Assembly: GCA_902522465.1 (NCBI GenBank)
Contig: CABYVV010000005.1
Location: forward strand, 26,361 to 90,360
DNA length: 64,000 bases
Direction: 5' to 3'
Origin: an uncultured Alphaproteobacteria bacterium
GTDB taxonomy: Bacteria > Pseudomonadota > Alphaproteobacteria > Methylaequorales > Methylaequoraceae
Shown here: positions 19,010 through 27,835 of the stretch, one piece after another
Layout: the number at the start of each line of letters is the position of its first letter
How positions within the stretch are numbered: position 1 is the first letter of the stretch
The notes under the pieces: generated by a model
Databases searched by the model: none
The model's input: only the letters and a program-made list of their open reading frames with translations
What the model was told of the DNA's origin: nothing
Position numbers and translations under genes: made by a program

Positions 19010-20194
19010 TTAATAATTTATTTCTATTTCAATTCTTCTGTTTTTTGCTCTTCCCTGTCTTGTATCATTAGATTCAACAGGTCTAGTTTCACCATAGCTT
19101 ATGGCTTTCATTCTTTTAGGATCAAGCGCTTTGTTAGTTGAAAGTTGTTGAACAACCGAGGCTGATCTTGCTGCCGCAAGATCCCAATTGTCTCTATAAT
19201 TAGAACCAAATGTCAAAGGGACGTTGTCAGTATGACCCATTACTAAAATTTCACTTCTGCCCTTTTGATTCTGCTCTGCAATCTTGGACATTATTTCTCT
19301 TGCTTTTCTAGTGAGTTCTGCAGAACCAGACTTAAATGCTCCAGCAGATCCAACAGTTATAATTACCTTGTCCTCTTCTCTATCAACATTGACTAAACCC
19401 TCTCCAATCTCTTGTTTAAGAGCAATTTTGAGTTTATCCTCTGCAAGTTCTGCCTTTTTTGCCTCCTCCTTTGCTGATTGACTCATTTCTGATTGTCCCA
19501 CACTATCCCCTTCTTTTCCTTCTGCCTCACTTTTTCCTTGGCTTGATGAAGCTGTTGCTAAATCTGCCAGTTGTTTTTCTAAACCTCCAATTAAGACTTC
19601 CGAATCTGATTTACCAGACGCAGCTTTAACCGATTCAACTGCGTTTAAGGTTTCTTGTAATAGTTGTGGTAATTCTTTTTCATCTGCCTCAGTTGGTGTA
19701 AAATTAACCACAACTTTGTTACCTAATGCCTCCACCTTGATATCACCTCTCGCGATAGCTTCTTGAATGTTTTTGGCAAGTTCTTGAGCCTCTTCTTTCT
19801 CACCATCATCTTTTGTGTTATCTTCTTTTTTTGTTTGAAGCTCAACCTTTGGCTGGTCAACCTCCGTTGTCTGTTGTTTCAAATTATCCTGAACAGCTGG
19901 CGTTGGATTTGGGCTAAAATTTAATGAAAGAATTGTTGTACCTTTTGGCGGTTCAACAACTGGGATAACCCTTTGAATACCAAAAGCATTCTTCATACTT
20001 CCACTAATTTGCTTAAATTTTGGAACGTTAAATTCTGCAAATGAAAGAATTAAAACAAAAAAGGCCATCAGCAATGTTGCCATATCAGCAAATGTTGCCA
20101 TCCAGGCTGGCGCTCCTTTTGGGGGACATTCTGGACATTCATGTTCCTCTTCTTCATTTGAAGTCTCTTGATTTTCGGTTTTCTCCTCAGCCAT
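19010..20194 (-). CDS. motB: Flagellar stator protein MotB, with an OmpA-like peptidoglycan-binding domain.
   Basis: An N-terminal TM segment (WMATFADMATLLMAFFVLIL) and a C-terminal OmpA_C domain (ILVMGHTDNVP...NRRIEIEI). A long acidic linker separates them. Confidence 0.85.
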   Translation of the reverse strand: MAEEKTENQETSNEEEEHECPECPPKGAPAWMATFADMATLLMAFFVLILSFAEFNVPKFKQISGSMKNAFGIQRVIPVVEPPKGTTILSLNFSPNPTPAVQDNLKQQTTEVDQPKVELQTKKEDNTKDDGEKEEAQELAKNIQEAIARGDIKVEALGNKVVVNFTPTEADEKELPQLLQETLNAVESVKAASGKSDSEVLIGGLEKQLADLATASSSQGKSEAEGKEGDSVGQSEMSQSAKEEAKKAELAEDKLKIALKQEIGEGLVNVDREEDKVIITVGSAGAFKSGSAELTRKAREIMSKIAEQNQKGRSEILVMGHTDNVPLTFGSNYRDNWDLAAARSASVVQQLSTNKALDPKRMKAISYGETRPVESNDTRQGRAKNRRIEIEINY

Positions 20195-20204
20195 GATTTA
20201 AACT

Positions 20205-20978
20205 TTAACCCCCAGCTGCAGCTTCTATTAGTTTTTGTTTTTCTTTTGGTGGGAGATTTGCAACAAGTTGATCTTGAATATTTCTTGGACTTTCTCCTCT
20301 AGAAATAAACTGTAAACCTGTAATAATCATTTCCCTGTAAGTTGTTTCGTAAGCTGAATATCCTTTTAATTTAATAACAATAGGCATGAAAATCGTATTT
20401 GCAATCATAGCTCCGTAAAGCGTGGTCAAAAGAGCAACTGCCATTGCAGGACCGATTGCTTTTGGATCTGCCATGTTACCTAGCATAGCAACAAGGCCAA
20501 CCAAAGTTCCAATCATTCCCATTGCAGGGGCTATATCAACCCAAGATTGAGCACAACCAATATTTTTCTCATGACGAACTTGCATAGCTTTAAGCTCTTT
20601 TTTTAATTGGATGGTTAACTTTGATTCATCTGCCCCGTCTACCAACATTTGCAAACCACCATCAAAAAACGGATCGGGTGTTTCCTGTCCCTCTAATGCC
20701 ATCATTCCATCTTTTCTTGCAATACCTGCTAATTCTACAATCCTTTCAATTAGTTCGTCCATTTTTTTTACTGGTGGTTTAAAAGCCTTACCAAAAGCTC
20801 CGAAAGAACCTAAATAAACAGGTAATGGAGCTGTATACATAACTGCAAAAAAGGAACCACCAAAAACAATTAATATCGATGGGACGTCAATATATGACCC
20901 CAATCCACCAGCTGAAATCATTGCACCAGCAATCATTCCTATTGTACCTAAAAACCCGATTAAAGTAGCTAAATCCAT
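20205..20978 (-). CDS. motA: Flagellar stator protein MotA (PomA-like).
   Basis: A 257 aa MotA/TolQ/ExbB family protein with four TM segments, located immediately upstream of motB. Confidence 0.85.
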   Translation of the reverse strand: MDLATLIGFLGTIGMIAGAMISAGGLGSYIDVPSILIVFGGSFFAVMYTAPLPVYLGSFGAFGKAFKPPVKKMDELIERIVELAGIARKDGMMALEGQETPDPFFDGGLQMLVDGADESKLTIQLKKELKAMQVRHEKNIGCAQSWVDIAPAMGMIGTLVGLVAMLGNMADPKAIGPAMAVALLTTLYGAMIANTIFMPIVIKLKGYSAYETTYREMIITGLQFISRGESPRNIQDQLVANLPPKEKQKLIEAAAGG

Positions 20979-21029
20979 TTATTTATCCATTAACAGTTTA
21001 TATTTTAAATAGTATTTTGGTATAGATTC

Positions 21030-21047
21030 TGCAACTTTAATACCAAA
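21030..21047 (-). promoter_or_regulatory. Putative sigma-54 promoter for motA-motB and the 317 aa unknown gene.
   Basis: On the minus strand, TTGGTA-ttaaag-TTGCA, with GG (revcomp of CC at 21043-44)-N10-GC(21031-32) spacing, about 55 nt upstream of the motA start. Confidence 0.45.
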
Positions 21048-21088
21048 ATTCATTTTTTTTTTTTTAATTTAACATTTTATTGTAATAT

Positions 21089-21568
21089 ATGAAAATGATC
21101 AAAATCAAATTAATAATAATTACTCTGATCCTTGTTTTTTCAAAAGTCAATGCGTCTAATTTCATTGACAAGGGCTACTATGTTATTGATTTAAAAAATA
21201 AAATTGAATGGTTAAAATGTACTACTGGACAACAATGGAGCGATAAAGACAATACATGCCTAGGTAGAGCAGTAAAATTAGATTATCATTCAATAGAGGA
21301 AGCAATCAAACAACTTGATGATCAACTAGAAGGAAATTGGAGACTTCCTACAAGGAAAGAACTAGAAAGTTTGATTTGTAAAAGCTGTGAAGGAGTTAAA
21401 ATAGATAAAATCTTGTTTCCAAATACACCTGCCGAACCCTTTTGGACCTCTCAGAGAAACTGGTGGTCACCGAAGTTTTTCTGGTCTGTTAATTTTTTTA
21501 CCGGACATTCCTATGGACGCTTTGTTCCTGAGAAAGAACTATTTGTTAGGTTCGTTAAAGATCGTTAA
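21089..21568 (+). CDS. Secreted DUF1566 (Lcl C-terminal domain) protein.
   Basis: A signal peptide and a GNWRLPTRKELESL motif characteristic of DUF1566. Confidence 0.55.
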   Translation: MKMIKIKLIIITLILVFSKVNASNFIDKGYYVIDLKNKIEWLKCTTGQQWSDKDNTCLGRAVKLDYHSIEEAIKQLDDQLEGNWRLPTRKELESLICKSCEGVKIDKILFPNTPAEPFWTSQRNWWSPKFFWSVNFFTGHSYGRFVPEKELFVRFVKDR

Positions 21569-21765
21569 TCTTTTGTTCTTTTATACTCTAATAATTTTCC
21601 TATAAATATGGCGATACCTAATAAAAAAATTACTTTAACTGCGTTCCATGGTGTAACAAATGAAAGATAACTCAATTGATCTTTAAACATTAAAGCTGTT
21701 ATTATAATTAAAAGAATAAAAGCGATGAAAAATCTTATATATATGCAAATTCTACAATGTTTCAT
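21565..21765 (-). CDS. Hypothetical small membrane protein.
   Basis: 66 aa with two hydrophobic helices. It shows 4 nt overlaps with both neighbouring genes. Confidence 0.3.
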   Translation of the reverse strand: MKHCRICIYIRFFIAFILLIIITALMFKDQLSYLSFVTPWNAVKVIFLLGIAIFIGKLLEYKRTKD

Positions 21766-22373
21766 TTTTTTAGAATCAAACAGTTAATCTTTTTTGATTT
21801 TGAAAATTTACAAATCGAATCTGCAATCTCTCTATTCTTTGAAATATAAATTAACTTAAAAAGTTTATTTTCAGAAAGAATCTTAAGATTATCAGAAAAT
21901 TCTGGATATTTAGCTGAAATTTGCTTCGAAATTAAATCTTTTTGTTTTTCTGCGTTGTTAATTTTAGAAAAAGCTCCAAACTGAATTTTTATTGTTTTTT
22001 GCGTACTATTTTGTTTTGAAATAGTTTTCTTTACCTCTTCATTTTTTATAACTTTTTTAGCCTCTGTAACTTTTATATTTGGATTAATTGATGATTCTGA
22101 AATGGTTGGTTTTTCAATAATTTCCTGATTTTTTTTACTTTTAATGTCTTTTAGTTTCCGATTTGGCTCTTTTTCAGGCAATGTATTAATTGTTGGATCA
22201 TCTATTTTTTTATTTATTGTTGAATCTTCATTCTTAATTTCCTTATCAATTTGATCAGACATAACGTAATCTTCTTTATAAAAATCTTCATTTTTTGATG
22301 TCAGGATTCTAACGTTAAAAAAAACTAAAAGAAAAATTGATGGTATAAGAATTAGCGGTAAGATTTTAATCAT
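21762..22373 (-). CDS. SPOR-domain protein with an N-terminal TM anchor. It is predicted to bind septal or denuded peptidoglycan.
   Basis: A C-terminal SPOR-like domain (IKIQFGAFSKINNAEKQKDLISKQISAKYPEFS...), an N-terminal TM segment and a low-complexity linker. Confidence 0.6.
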   Translation of the reverse strand: MIKILPLILIPSIFLLVFFNVRILTSKNEDFYKEDYVMSDQIDKEIKNEDSTINKKIDDPTINTLPEKEPNRKLKDIKSKKNQEIIEKPTISESSINPNIKVTEAKKVIKNEEVKKTISKQNSTQKTIKIQFGAFSKINNAEKQKDLISKQISAKYPEFSDNLKILSENKLFKLIYISKNREIADSICKFSKSKKINCLILKK

Positions 22374-22559
22374 AATTAAAATAATAAGATAAATTCAAAA
22401 ATTTACTAGGAATATAAGCATTTCAAAAGTTTTTTTATATTTATTTTTTAAAAAATACATTAAAATTCAAGTCAAAATTCTGACTTCCCAAACATGTCAA
22501 ATTAAAGTTTTGCATTTTTTTTAAAAAAATTGTGAAATAATCATGAAAGGATAAAAATT

Positions 22560-24026
22560 ATGCAAATTTCACAGAATCTTAAGTTAAAGCAGAGTCAATC
22601 ACTAGTTATGACTCCTCAACTTCAACAAGCAATAAAATTACTTCAACTTAACAATCTTGAGTTAAGCAACTTGGTTAACAAAGAATTAGAAGAGAACCCG
22701 TTTCTTGAAAATGAAAATGAAAGCGTTGAATTAGAGGATAACAAAAATAATGAATATGAAGAAACAAATGACCTAAAGGATTCTTTTGAAAATGGTGAAT
22801 CTATTTCAGATGAACCAAAAAATGAAGATTATGAAAATAGATGGGATACCGAAAATAATTATGAAAGTTTTAAAAAGGGAAATTCTTTAGATCATAATGA
22901 TGTTGGAAGTGTAATAGAACAAACTCTTAGTAATAAAGTCTCACTGAAGTCTATTATTCAAAGCCAAGCTGATCTCCAATTTCAATCTAAAGAAGATAAA
23001 AGAATCTCTGAAATTTTAACAGATTATATCGATGAGAATGGATGGATTACAGAAAACTTAGTTAATATTTCAGAATTCAGTGGTTTTAAAATTTCTGAGA
23101 TTGAAAGAATTTTAAAAATTATGCAAACATTTGAACCTGACGGAATTTTTGCAAGGAATTTAAAAGAATGCCTTAAAATTCAACTAAGAAACAAGCAAAT
23201 GCTTGTTAACACATCTGAAGTAATAATAGATAATTTAGAAATGTTAGGTAATGGAAATATTAAATCACTTCAAAAGCTAACGTCCCTTAAAGAGGAAGAA
23301 CTTAGAGAACAAATAAAAATTATTAGGTCTTTAGATCCAAAACCAGGTAAAAAATATTCAGATGATAATTCAAATATCTTTCATCCTGATGTTATTGTTT
23401 CGAGAGTCAATTCCGATTGGTCTGTAGAACTTAATGAAAGCACTCTCCCCAAGATAACTATTAATGAAGACTACGTGAAAGAAATTGAAAGTCTCAAATG
23501 CAAAGAATCAGACAAAAAATTTATTAATGAATCTCTAAATTCAGCTAAATGGTTATTAAAAGCCATTCAACAAAGAAATTTAACTACCTTAAAAATTAGC
23601 TCTGAAATAGTTAATCAACAGAAACAATTCTTTGAAAAAGGCAAGAAATTCCTTAAACCAATGGTTCTAAAGGATGTGGCCAAAAAAATTAATATGCATG
23701 AAAGTACAGTTAGTAGAGTAACTTCAGATAAATTAATGCTTACTCCACGAGGAATCTTCGAAATGAAATTGTTCTTCAGTGCCTCAATTAGTAGTACAAA
23801 AAAAGGTGAGACTCACTCAGCTGAATCTGTGAGAGAATCACTAAAAAAATTAATAAGTTCTGAACCTGTAAATAACCCCTTGAGTGACGAAATGCTTGTG
23901 GAAAAGCTACAAGACGAGGGCATCGATTTAGCGAGAAGAACGGTTGCAAAATATAGAGAATTATTAAATATTCCAGCATCCTCTGTGAGAAGAAAAATAA
24001 TGAAGATTCAAAATATTAACTTATAA
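22560..24026 (+). CDS. rpoN: RNA polymerase sigma-54 factor RpoN.
   Basis: An N-terminal region I (MQISQNLKLKQSQSLVMTPQLQQAIKLLQLNNLEL), a core-binding domain, the HTH and the RpoN box (ARRTVAKYRE). Confidence 0.9.
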   Translation: MQISQNLKLKQSQSLVMTPQLQQAIKLLQLNNLELSNLVNKELEENPFLENENESVELEDNKNNEYEETNDLKDSFENGESISDEPKNEDYENRWDTENNYESFKKGNSLDHNDVGSVIEQTLSNKVSLKSIIQSQADLQFQSKEDKRISEILTDYIDENGWITENLVNISEFSGFKISEIERILKIMQTFEPDGIFARNLKECLKIQLRNKQMLVNTSEVIIDNLEMLGNGNIKSLQKLTSLKEEELREQIKIIRSLDPKPGKKYSDDNSNIFHPDVIVSRVNSDWSVELNESTLPKITINEDYVKEIESLKCKESDKKFINESLNSAKWLLKAIQQRNLTTLKISSEIVNQQKQFFEKGKKFLKPMVLKDVAKKINMHESTVSRVTSDKLMLTPRGIFEMKLFFSASISSTKKGETHSAESVRESLKKLISSEPVNNPLSDEMLVEKLQDEGIDLARRTVAKYRELLNIPASSVRRKIMKIQNINL

Positions 24027-24097
24027 ACTTTGTTAAAAAAATATACTTGAATTGACCTTTTAAAGTCTTGATATTGATACACTGTTTTGTCTAGTGT

Positions 24098-24268
24098 TTA
24101 TGAATATCTAACTCTCTTAAATTCTTTAGTAGAATGATCTAAAAAATATGATAGAGGAAACACATCTGTCTTTACGTGTTTATCTTCGTCAAAATGAGTT
24201 ATCTTTATCATGGGATTTAATGTTGTTACACTATAATTTTTTGTATTAGATTTAATTTCTTCTTTCAT
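24098..24268 (-). CDS. Hypothetical 56 aa protein, not in the ORF track.
   Basis: MKEEIKSNTKNYSVTTLNPMIKITHFDEDKHVKTDVFPLSYFLDHSTKEFKRVRYS. A strong AGGAG RBS lies 7 nt upstream, and the gene is co-oriented with the upstream lytic transglycosylase. Confidence 0.3.
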   Translation of the reverse strand: MKEEIKSNTKNYSVTTLNPMIKITHFDEDKHVKTDVFPLSYFLDHSTKEFKRVRYS

Positions 24269-24320
24269 TTTTTCTCCTTTTATCGTTAAATTTGCAAAAA
24301 TCTTGCCAAATACAAAAAAG

Positions 24321-24926
24321 TTAAATCTTTTCTTTCTCTAAAATTTCCTTAAAAAACTTTACCTTTTGCTTATTTTTTTCAAAATAATTAGTTTTAATAA
24401 TTATTTTTTTTTGCCTTAAATTATTCCAAAAAGAGTATACTTTTTTTAAATATATTTTCTGCCTATACGGGATCGATGAATGATATCTGGAGATAGCTTC
24501 ATTCCAAGATTTGTGCCTCTTAAATAATTTATATAAGAAACTAGCTGCGTATTTTACATTTTGTTCAGGTTCAATCATCTGAGATACATTTTCAAAATTA
24601 TTCAGATGGTATTTAGTATTGATTTGCATGCATCCAACATCAATACTTTTTTTATCAGCATTTTTTTCTAAATAATTTAATACATCTTCTTTCCTATCGA
24701 AATAAATTGACTTACCCGATACGTTTAATGTCCAGGGCCATGATGAAAAACCATTTTTTTCTTTTTTTATGCCGGATTCTACCAAAGAAATTGAAGTCAG
24801 AAGGTTATTAGGTAAATTAAAAGCTTTACCATATTTTTCAGTATAAAAGTTACAACTTTTTATATTTTCTGAATTTGAATTAGTGTAAGGAAATATAAAA
24901 AAAAATAATGTGATAATTTTTTTCAT
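24321..24926 (-). CDS. Secreted lytic transglycosylase of the SLT-domain family.
   Basis: A signal peptide, the SLT catalytic region (LTSISLVESG with the catalytic Glu) and the downstream motif IDVGCMQIN. Confidence 0.7.
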   Translation of the reverse strand: MKKIITLFFFIFPYTNSNSENIKSCNFYTEKYGKAFNLPNNLLTSISLVESGIKKEKNGFSSWPWTLNVSGKSIYFDRKEDVLNYLEKNADKKSIDVGCMQINTKYHLNNFENVSQMIEPEQNVKYAASFLYKLFKRHKSWNEAISRYHSSIPYRQKIYLKKVYSFWNNLRQKKIIIKTNYFEKNKQKVKFFKEILEKEKI

Positions 24927-24958
24927 ACAAAAGTATGAGCAAATTAAATGCCAAATAT

Positions 24959-26419
24959 TTATTTTTTTATTATAGAACTACTTAAAAGATCTCTACCAAC
25001 AGATATAAAGTTATAAGGATTGACAGATTTTCCATTTACTTTTACTTCATAATGCAAGTGAGCGCCAACTGCTCTTCCTGTGGATCCCATTCTTCCAATG
25101 ACCTGACCTTCAGTTACATTTGCTCCTTTTTTTACACTAAGCCTATGCAAGTGACCATAAAGAGTTGTAACTCCATGTTTATGTACGATTTTGATAGTTT
25201 TTCCGAAAGATCCATTTCTTCCTGAAAACGAAACATATCCATCTGCAGGCGCTCTCACTTCCTCTTGCCATGTTCCAGCCATATCAATACCGTGATGCAT
25301 TTGTTTTCTTTTTGATTTTGGATGAATTCTATAACCGTATGGACTTGACACGTAATAATACTGCATTGGAGGTTTCAAAGGAACATATATTATAGCATCT
25401 TTCAAATCCTGAAGAATCTGGAATCTTAAAGAGGTGTAATCCAGTAACTCCTCATTATCTCTATAGTTGATATTTTCTGTTAGTAAATTATTTATTTTAT
25501 GTATATCTAACTTTTCTGGTTTTAATTTTAATTCTACGAATACATTCATCAACTGAATAATTTCTGAATCTATTTTTTTGGTGAAGTTAATAATTTTTAG
25601 TTTTTTTGTTCTGGGAGCAACAAATGGAATCACTGGTAATTTGTTGTAAGCAAATTTATTATTATTTATTTTTGAAATTTTGGTAGAACCTACTTTACTC
25701 TCGATTGCGTGTTCCATAGCAATCATTTCTGGACTCGCAATTTTTGAGAATTGTTCGAATTTTACTTCATCTGAATGATTTACATCATCTGGAAAACTTA
25801 TTGAAATATTCCCCATTAAATTTTTAAGATTATCTATTTTTTCTTTTATTTGAATTTTGACATTATTAGATTTTTCTTTGTTTGTTGTTAATTCGTCTTC
25901 TTTATTTATGACAATTTGAATTTTTTCTGAGTTTAGTACTTGATCATTAATGGTTTTTTCTTTGGCAAGATCTTTTAGGGTTTGAATTTCTGTTTTTGTA
26001 AAACTTTGACTTGTTATTTCAGTATTTTTGTAAGTTAAATACGCGAAGAATGATGAAAAACCTAAAAATACTAATTGTAACATTTTAAAGGTGAAGACTA
26101 AAACCAAAATGAAAGCCGAAATATAGTGCTTGATATTAAATACCACCTCAATTGGTCCTCTTTTCGTGAAATATAAAAATCTCCTCTCTTTTAATAAATG
26201 TTTTAAATTTTTGGAAAACACACTTAAGTTTTTAGAAAAAACACTTGTTTCACCGAACCTTTGACTAGACTTTAGGTTTCTTAACAAACTAGATTTAATG
26301 TTATCATACGTAGATCTTTTGAAGAGATTTTCCATATTGATTATTTTAGATATAATACAATTACTAACATCATATTTGTTAGAAGTTGCATAAGCATAAT
26401 CAATAGCATTAGTTTCCAT
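24959..26419 (-). CDS. M23 family (LytM-type) peptidoglycan endopeptidase with an internal TM segment.
   Basis: A C-terminal M23 domain with HHGIDMAG...GRMGSTGRAVGAHLHYEV (HxxxD and HxH zinc ligands). The TM helix is near residue 100-130. Confidence 0.85.
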   Translation of the reverse strand: METNAIDYAYATSNKYDVSNCIISKIINMENLFKRSTYDNIKSSLLRNLKSSQRFGETSVFSKNLSVFSKNLKHLLKERRFLYFTKRGPIEVVFNIKHYISAFILVLVFTFKMLQLVFLGFSSFFAYLTYKNTEITSQSFTKTEIQTLKDLAKEKTINDQVLNSEKIQIVINKEDELTTNKEKSNNVKIQIKEKIDNLKNLMGNISISFPDDVNHSDEVKFEQFSKIASPEMIAMEHAIESKVGSTKISKINNNKFAYNKLPVIPFVAPRTKKLKIINFTKKIDSEIIQLMNVFVELKLKPEKLDIHKINNLLTENINYRDNEELLDYTSLRFQILQDLKDAIIYVPLKPPMQYYYVSSPYGYRIHPKSKRKQMHHGIDMAGTWQEEVRAPADGYVSFSGRNGSFGKTIKIVHKHGVTTLYGHLHRLSVKKGANVTEGQVIGRMGSTGRAVGAHLHYEVKVNGKSVNPYNFISVGRDLLSSSIIKK

Positions 26420-26895
26420 GAAATAGGATTACTAACATTTAAACTAAACTGAGGGAAAGGTTGCTTTTCATCAATTTTTACTGATTGTTTGTTCTCATCT
26501 ACCACTCTTTCATTCTGATAGTCATCATATTTTTTGAAACTTTCTTTGGATTCTTGTTTATTTCTTTTAAAATAGTTGGATTCATTGAGGTTTTCATTTT
26601 TTTGTTTATTATCTTTATCAATTTTAGCAGTTGTAATATAAACTTTATCTTCAATTGATTTTGATTTATTTTCTTCGGTTTTTGAAACATTTAATTTAGC
26701 TGAAATTTTAGCTTCGATGTTTTCTGTTTTAAAAACTTCATTATCAGTCTTAGTTTTTTGGTTAGGAACTCGATTATCGTTGATATCGTTAGCAGGTTTT
26801 TTTCTATCTTCCACACCTCCTTTTTGTCCTGGAACTGTAATCTGATTTCTCATCTTTTCTATTCTATCTCTTATATCAATAACTTGTTCTGTCAT
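26341..26895 (-). CDS. Hypothetical charged, low-complexity protein with a C-terminal hydrophobic anchor.
   Basis: 184 aa. It overlaps the M23 gene start by 79 nt in another frame. It may be a separate tail-anchored protein or part of a mis-framed N-terminus. Confidence 0.3.
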   Translation of the reverse strand: MTEQVIDIRDRIEKMRNQITVPGQKGGVEDRKKPANDINDNRVPNQKTKTDNEVFKTENIEAKISAKLNVSKTEENKSKSIEDKVYITTAKIDKDNKQKNENLNESNYFKRNKQESKESFKKYDDYQNERVVDENKQSVKIDEKQPFPQFSLNVSNPISWKLMLLIMLMQLLTNMMLVIVLYLK

Positions 26896-27023
26896 AATAA
26901 TATCAAACTACTATATTTTATTAAAAAAGTAAATTTATGCATTTAGTAAGCCAAAATTAATAATAAAAACTTTTTTTTTAAATTTTTTTATGATAATCAT
27001 AAACTTTTACAAAGGTTTAAAGT

Positions 27024-27039
27024 TGGCAAAATAATTGCA
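27024..27039 (+). promoter_or_regulatory. Sigma-54 promoter for the three-bactofilin operon.
   Basis: TGGCAA-aataa-TTGCA with perfect spacing. T-rich tracts lie upstream. Confidence 0.6.
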
Positions 27040-27050
27040 CTAATTTAAAA

Positions 27051-27473
27051 ATGTTTTCAAGAGACTCTGATAAAGTATCCAAAACCTCAACCTCATCTAG
27101 CGTTATAGGTACGGAAATGCAAATTAATGGCAATATCAAGTGCAGTGGTAAACTAGTTCTTAAAGGAATGGTAAAAGGTAACATAGAATGCGAACACGTT
27201 CACATTTCAGCAGAGGGAACCCAAACAGGAAATATTAAGGCAATCGAGTGTATTATAGGAGGTAAGTTTACAGGAGACGTAGTCGCCGATTCACTGGCAT
27301 TTGAATCCAATGCAAATATTAAAGGAAATATGTATTATAATAGTCTGAGCGCAAGACCTGGATCAAATCTTGAAATTCACCTCTTTAGGGGGCTTGAAAA
27401 AAGAATTGAAGATAAAAGTCCAACTAAAGATAAAACAAAAAAAAGCACAAATAAAAAAAATAAAGGAACCTAA
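27051..27473 (+). CDS. Bactofilin (DUF583) paralogue 1.
   Basis: Repeating beta-helical windings G-x-I/V-x-G...(INGNIKCSGKLVLKGMVKGNIECEHVHISAEGTQTGNIKA...) and a K-rich C-tail. The start may instead be the ATG at 27114, because the ATG at 27051 sits at the predicted transcription start. Confidence 0.8.
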   Translation: MFSRDSDKVSKTSTSSSVIGTEMQINGNIKCSGKLVLKGMVKGNIECEHVHISAEGTQTGNIKAIECIIGGKFTGDVVADSLAFESNANIKGNMYYNSLSARPGSNLEIHLFRGLEKRIEDKSPTKDKTKKSTNKKNKGT

Positions 27474-27476
27474 AGT

Positions 27477-27833
27477 ATGGCAGATAATCAATCAATAATA
27501 GGAAAAGGAGCAATCTTTAAGGGAAAAATATCAAATGCTTCTACTATTGAAATTAACGGTAGAGTTGAAGCTGATATTAAATCTGATAAGGTAACTCTCG
27601 GAAAAGCTGCATCACTTGAAGGATCAATTATATCTGAACTGGTTGTAATTTCAGGAAATTATCAAGGAAAGATTAAGGCAGATTCTGTATGGTTAACAGA
27701 CTCATCAGTAATTACAGGGGAAATTAATTATAAATCTTTGCAAATGGATAGAGGTGCAGCACTTAATTGTAAAATTATTCATAACTGGGATGAAAACAAG
27801 TTGAGAAATAAAAAAGAGGAGTCTGATAATTAA
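27477..27833 (+). CDS. Bactofilin paralogue 2.
   Basis: The bactofilin repeat core (IIGKGAIFKGKISNASTIEINGRVEADIKSDKVTLGKAASLEGSII...). It lies 3 nt after paralogue 1. Confidence 0.8.
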   Translation: MADNQSIIGKGAIFKGKISNASTIEINGRVEADIKSDKVTLGKAASLEGSIISELVVISGNYQGKIKADSVWLTDSSVITGEINYKSLQMDRGAALNCKIIHNWDENKLRNKKEESDN

Positions 27834-27835
27834 AT

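Noticed and set aside
26341-26419. A possible frameshift joining the 184 aa ORF to the N-terminus of the M23 peptidase.
   Set aside because: Both reading frames look protein-like in the overlap. The M23 ORF already has a plausible cytoplasmic N-terminus and TM segment. Without homologues the two cannot be distinguished, so both are kept as separate ORFs, with 26341-26895 at low confidence.
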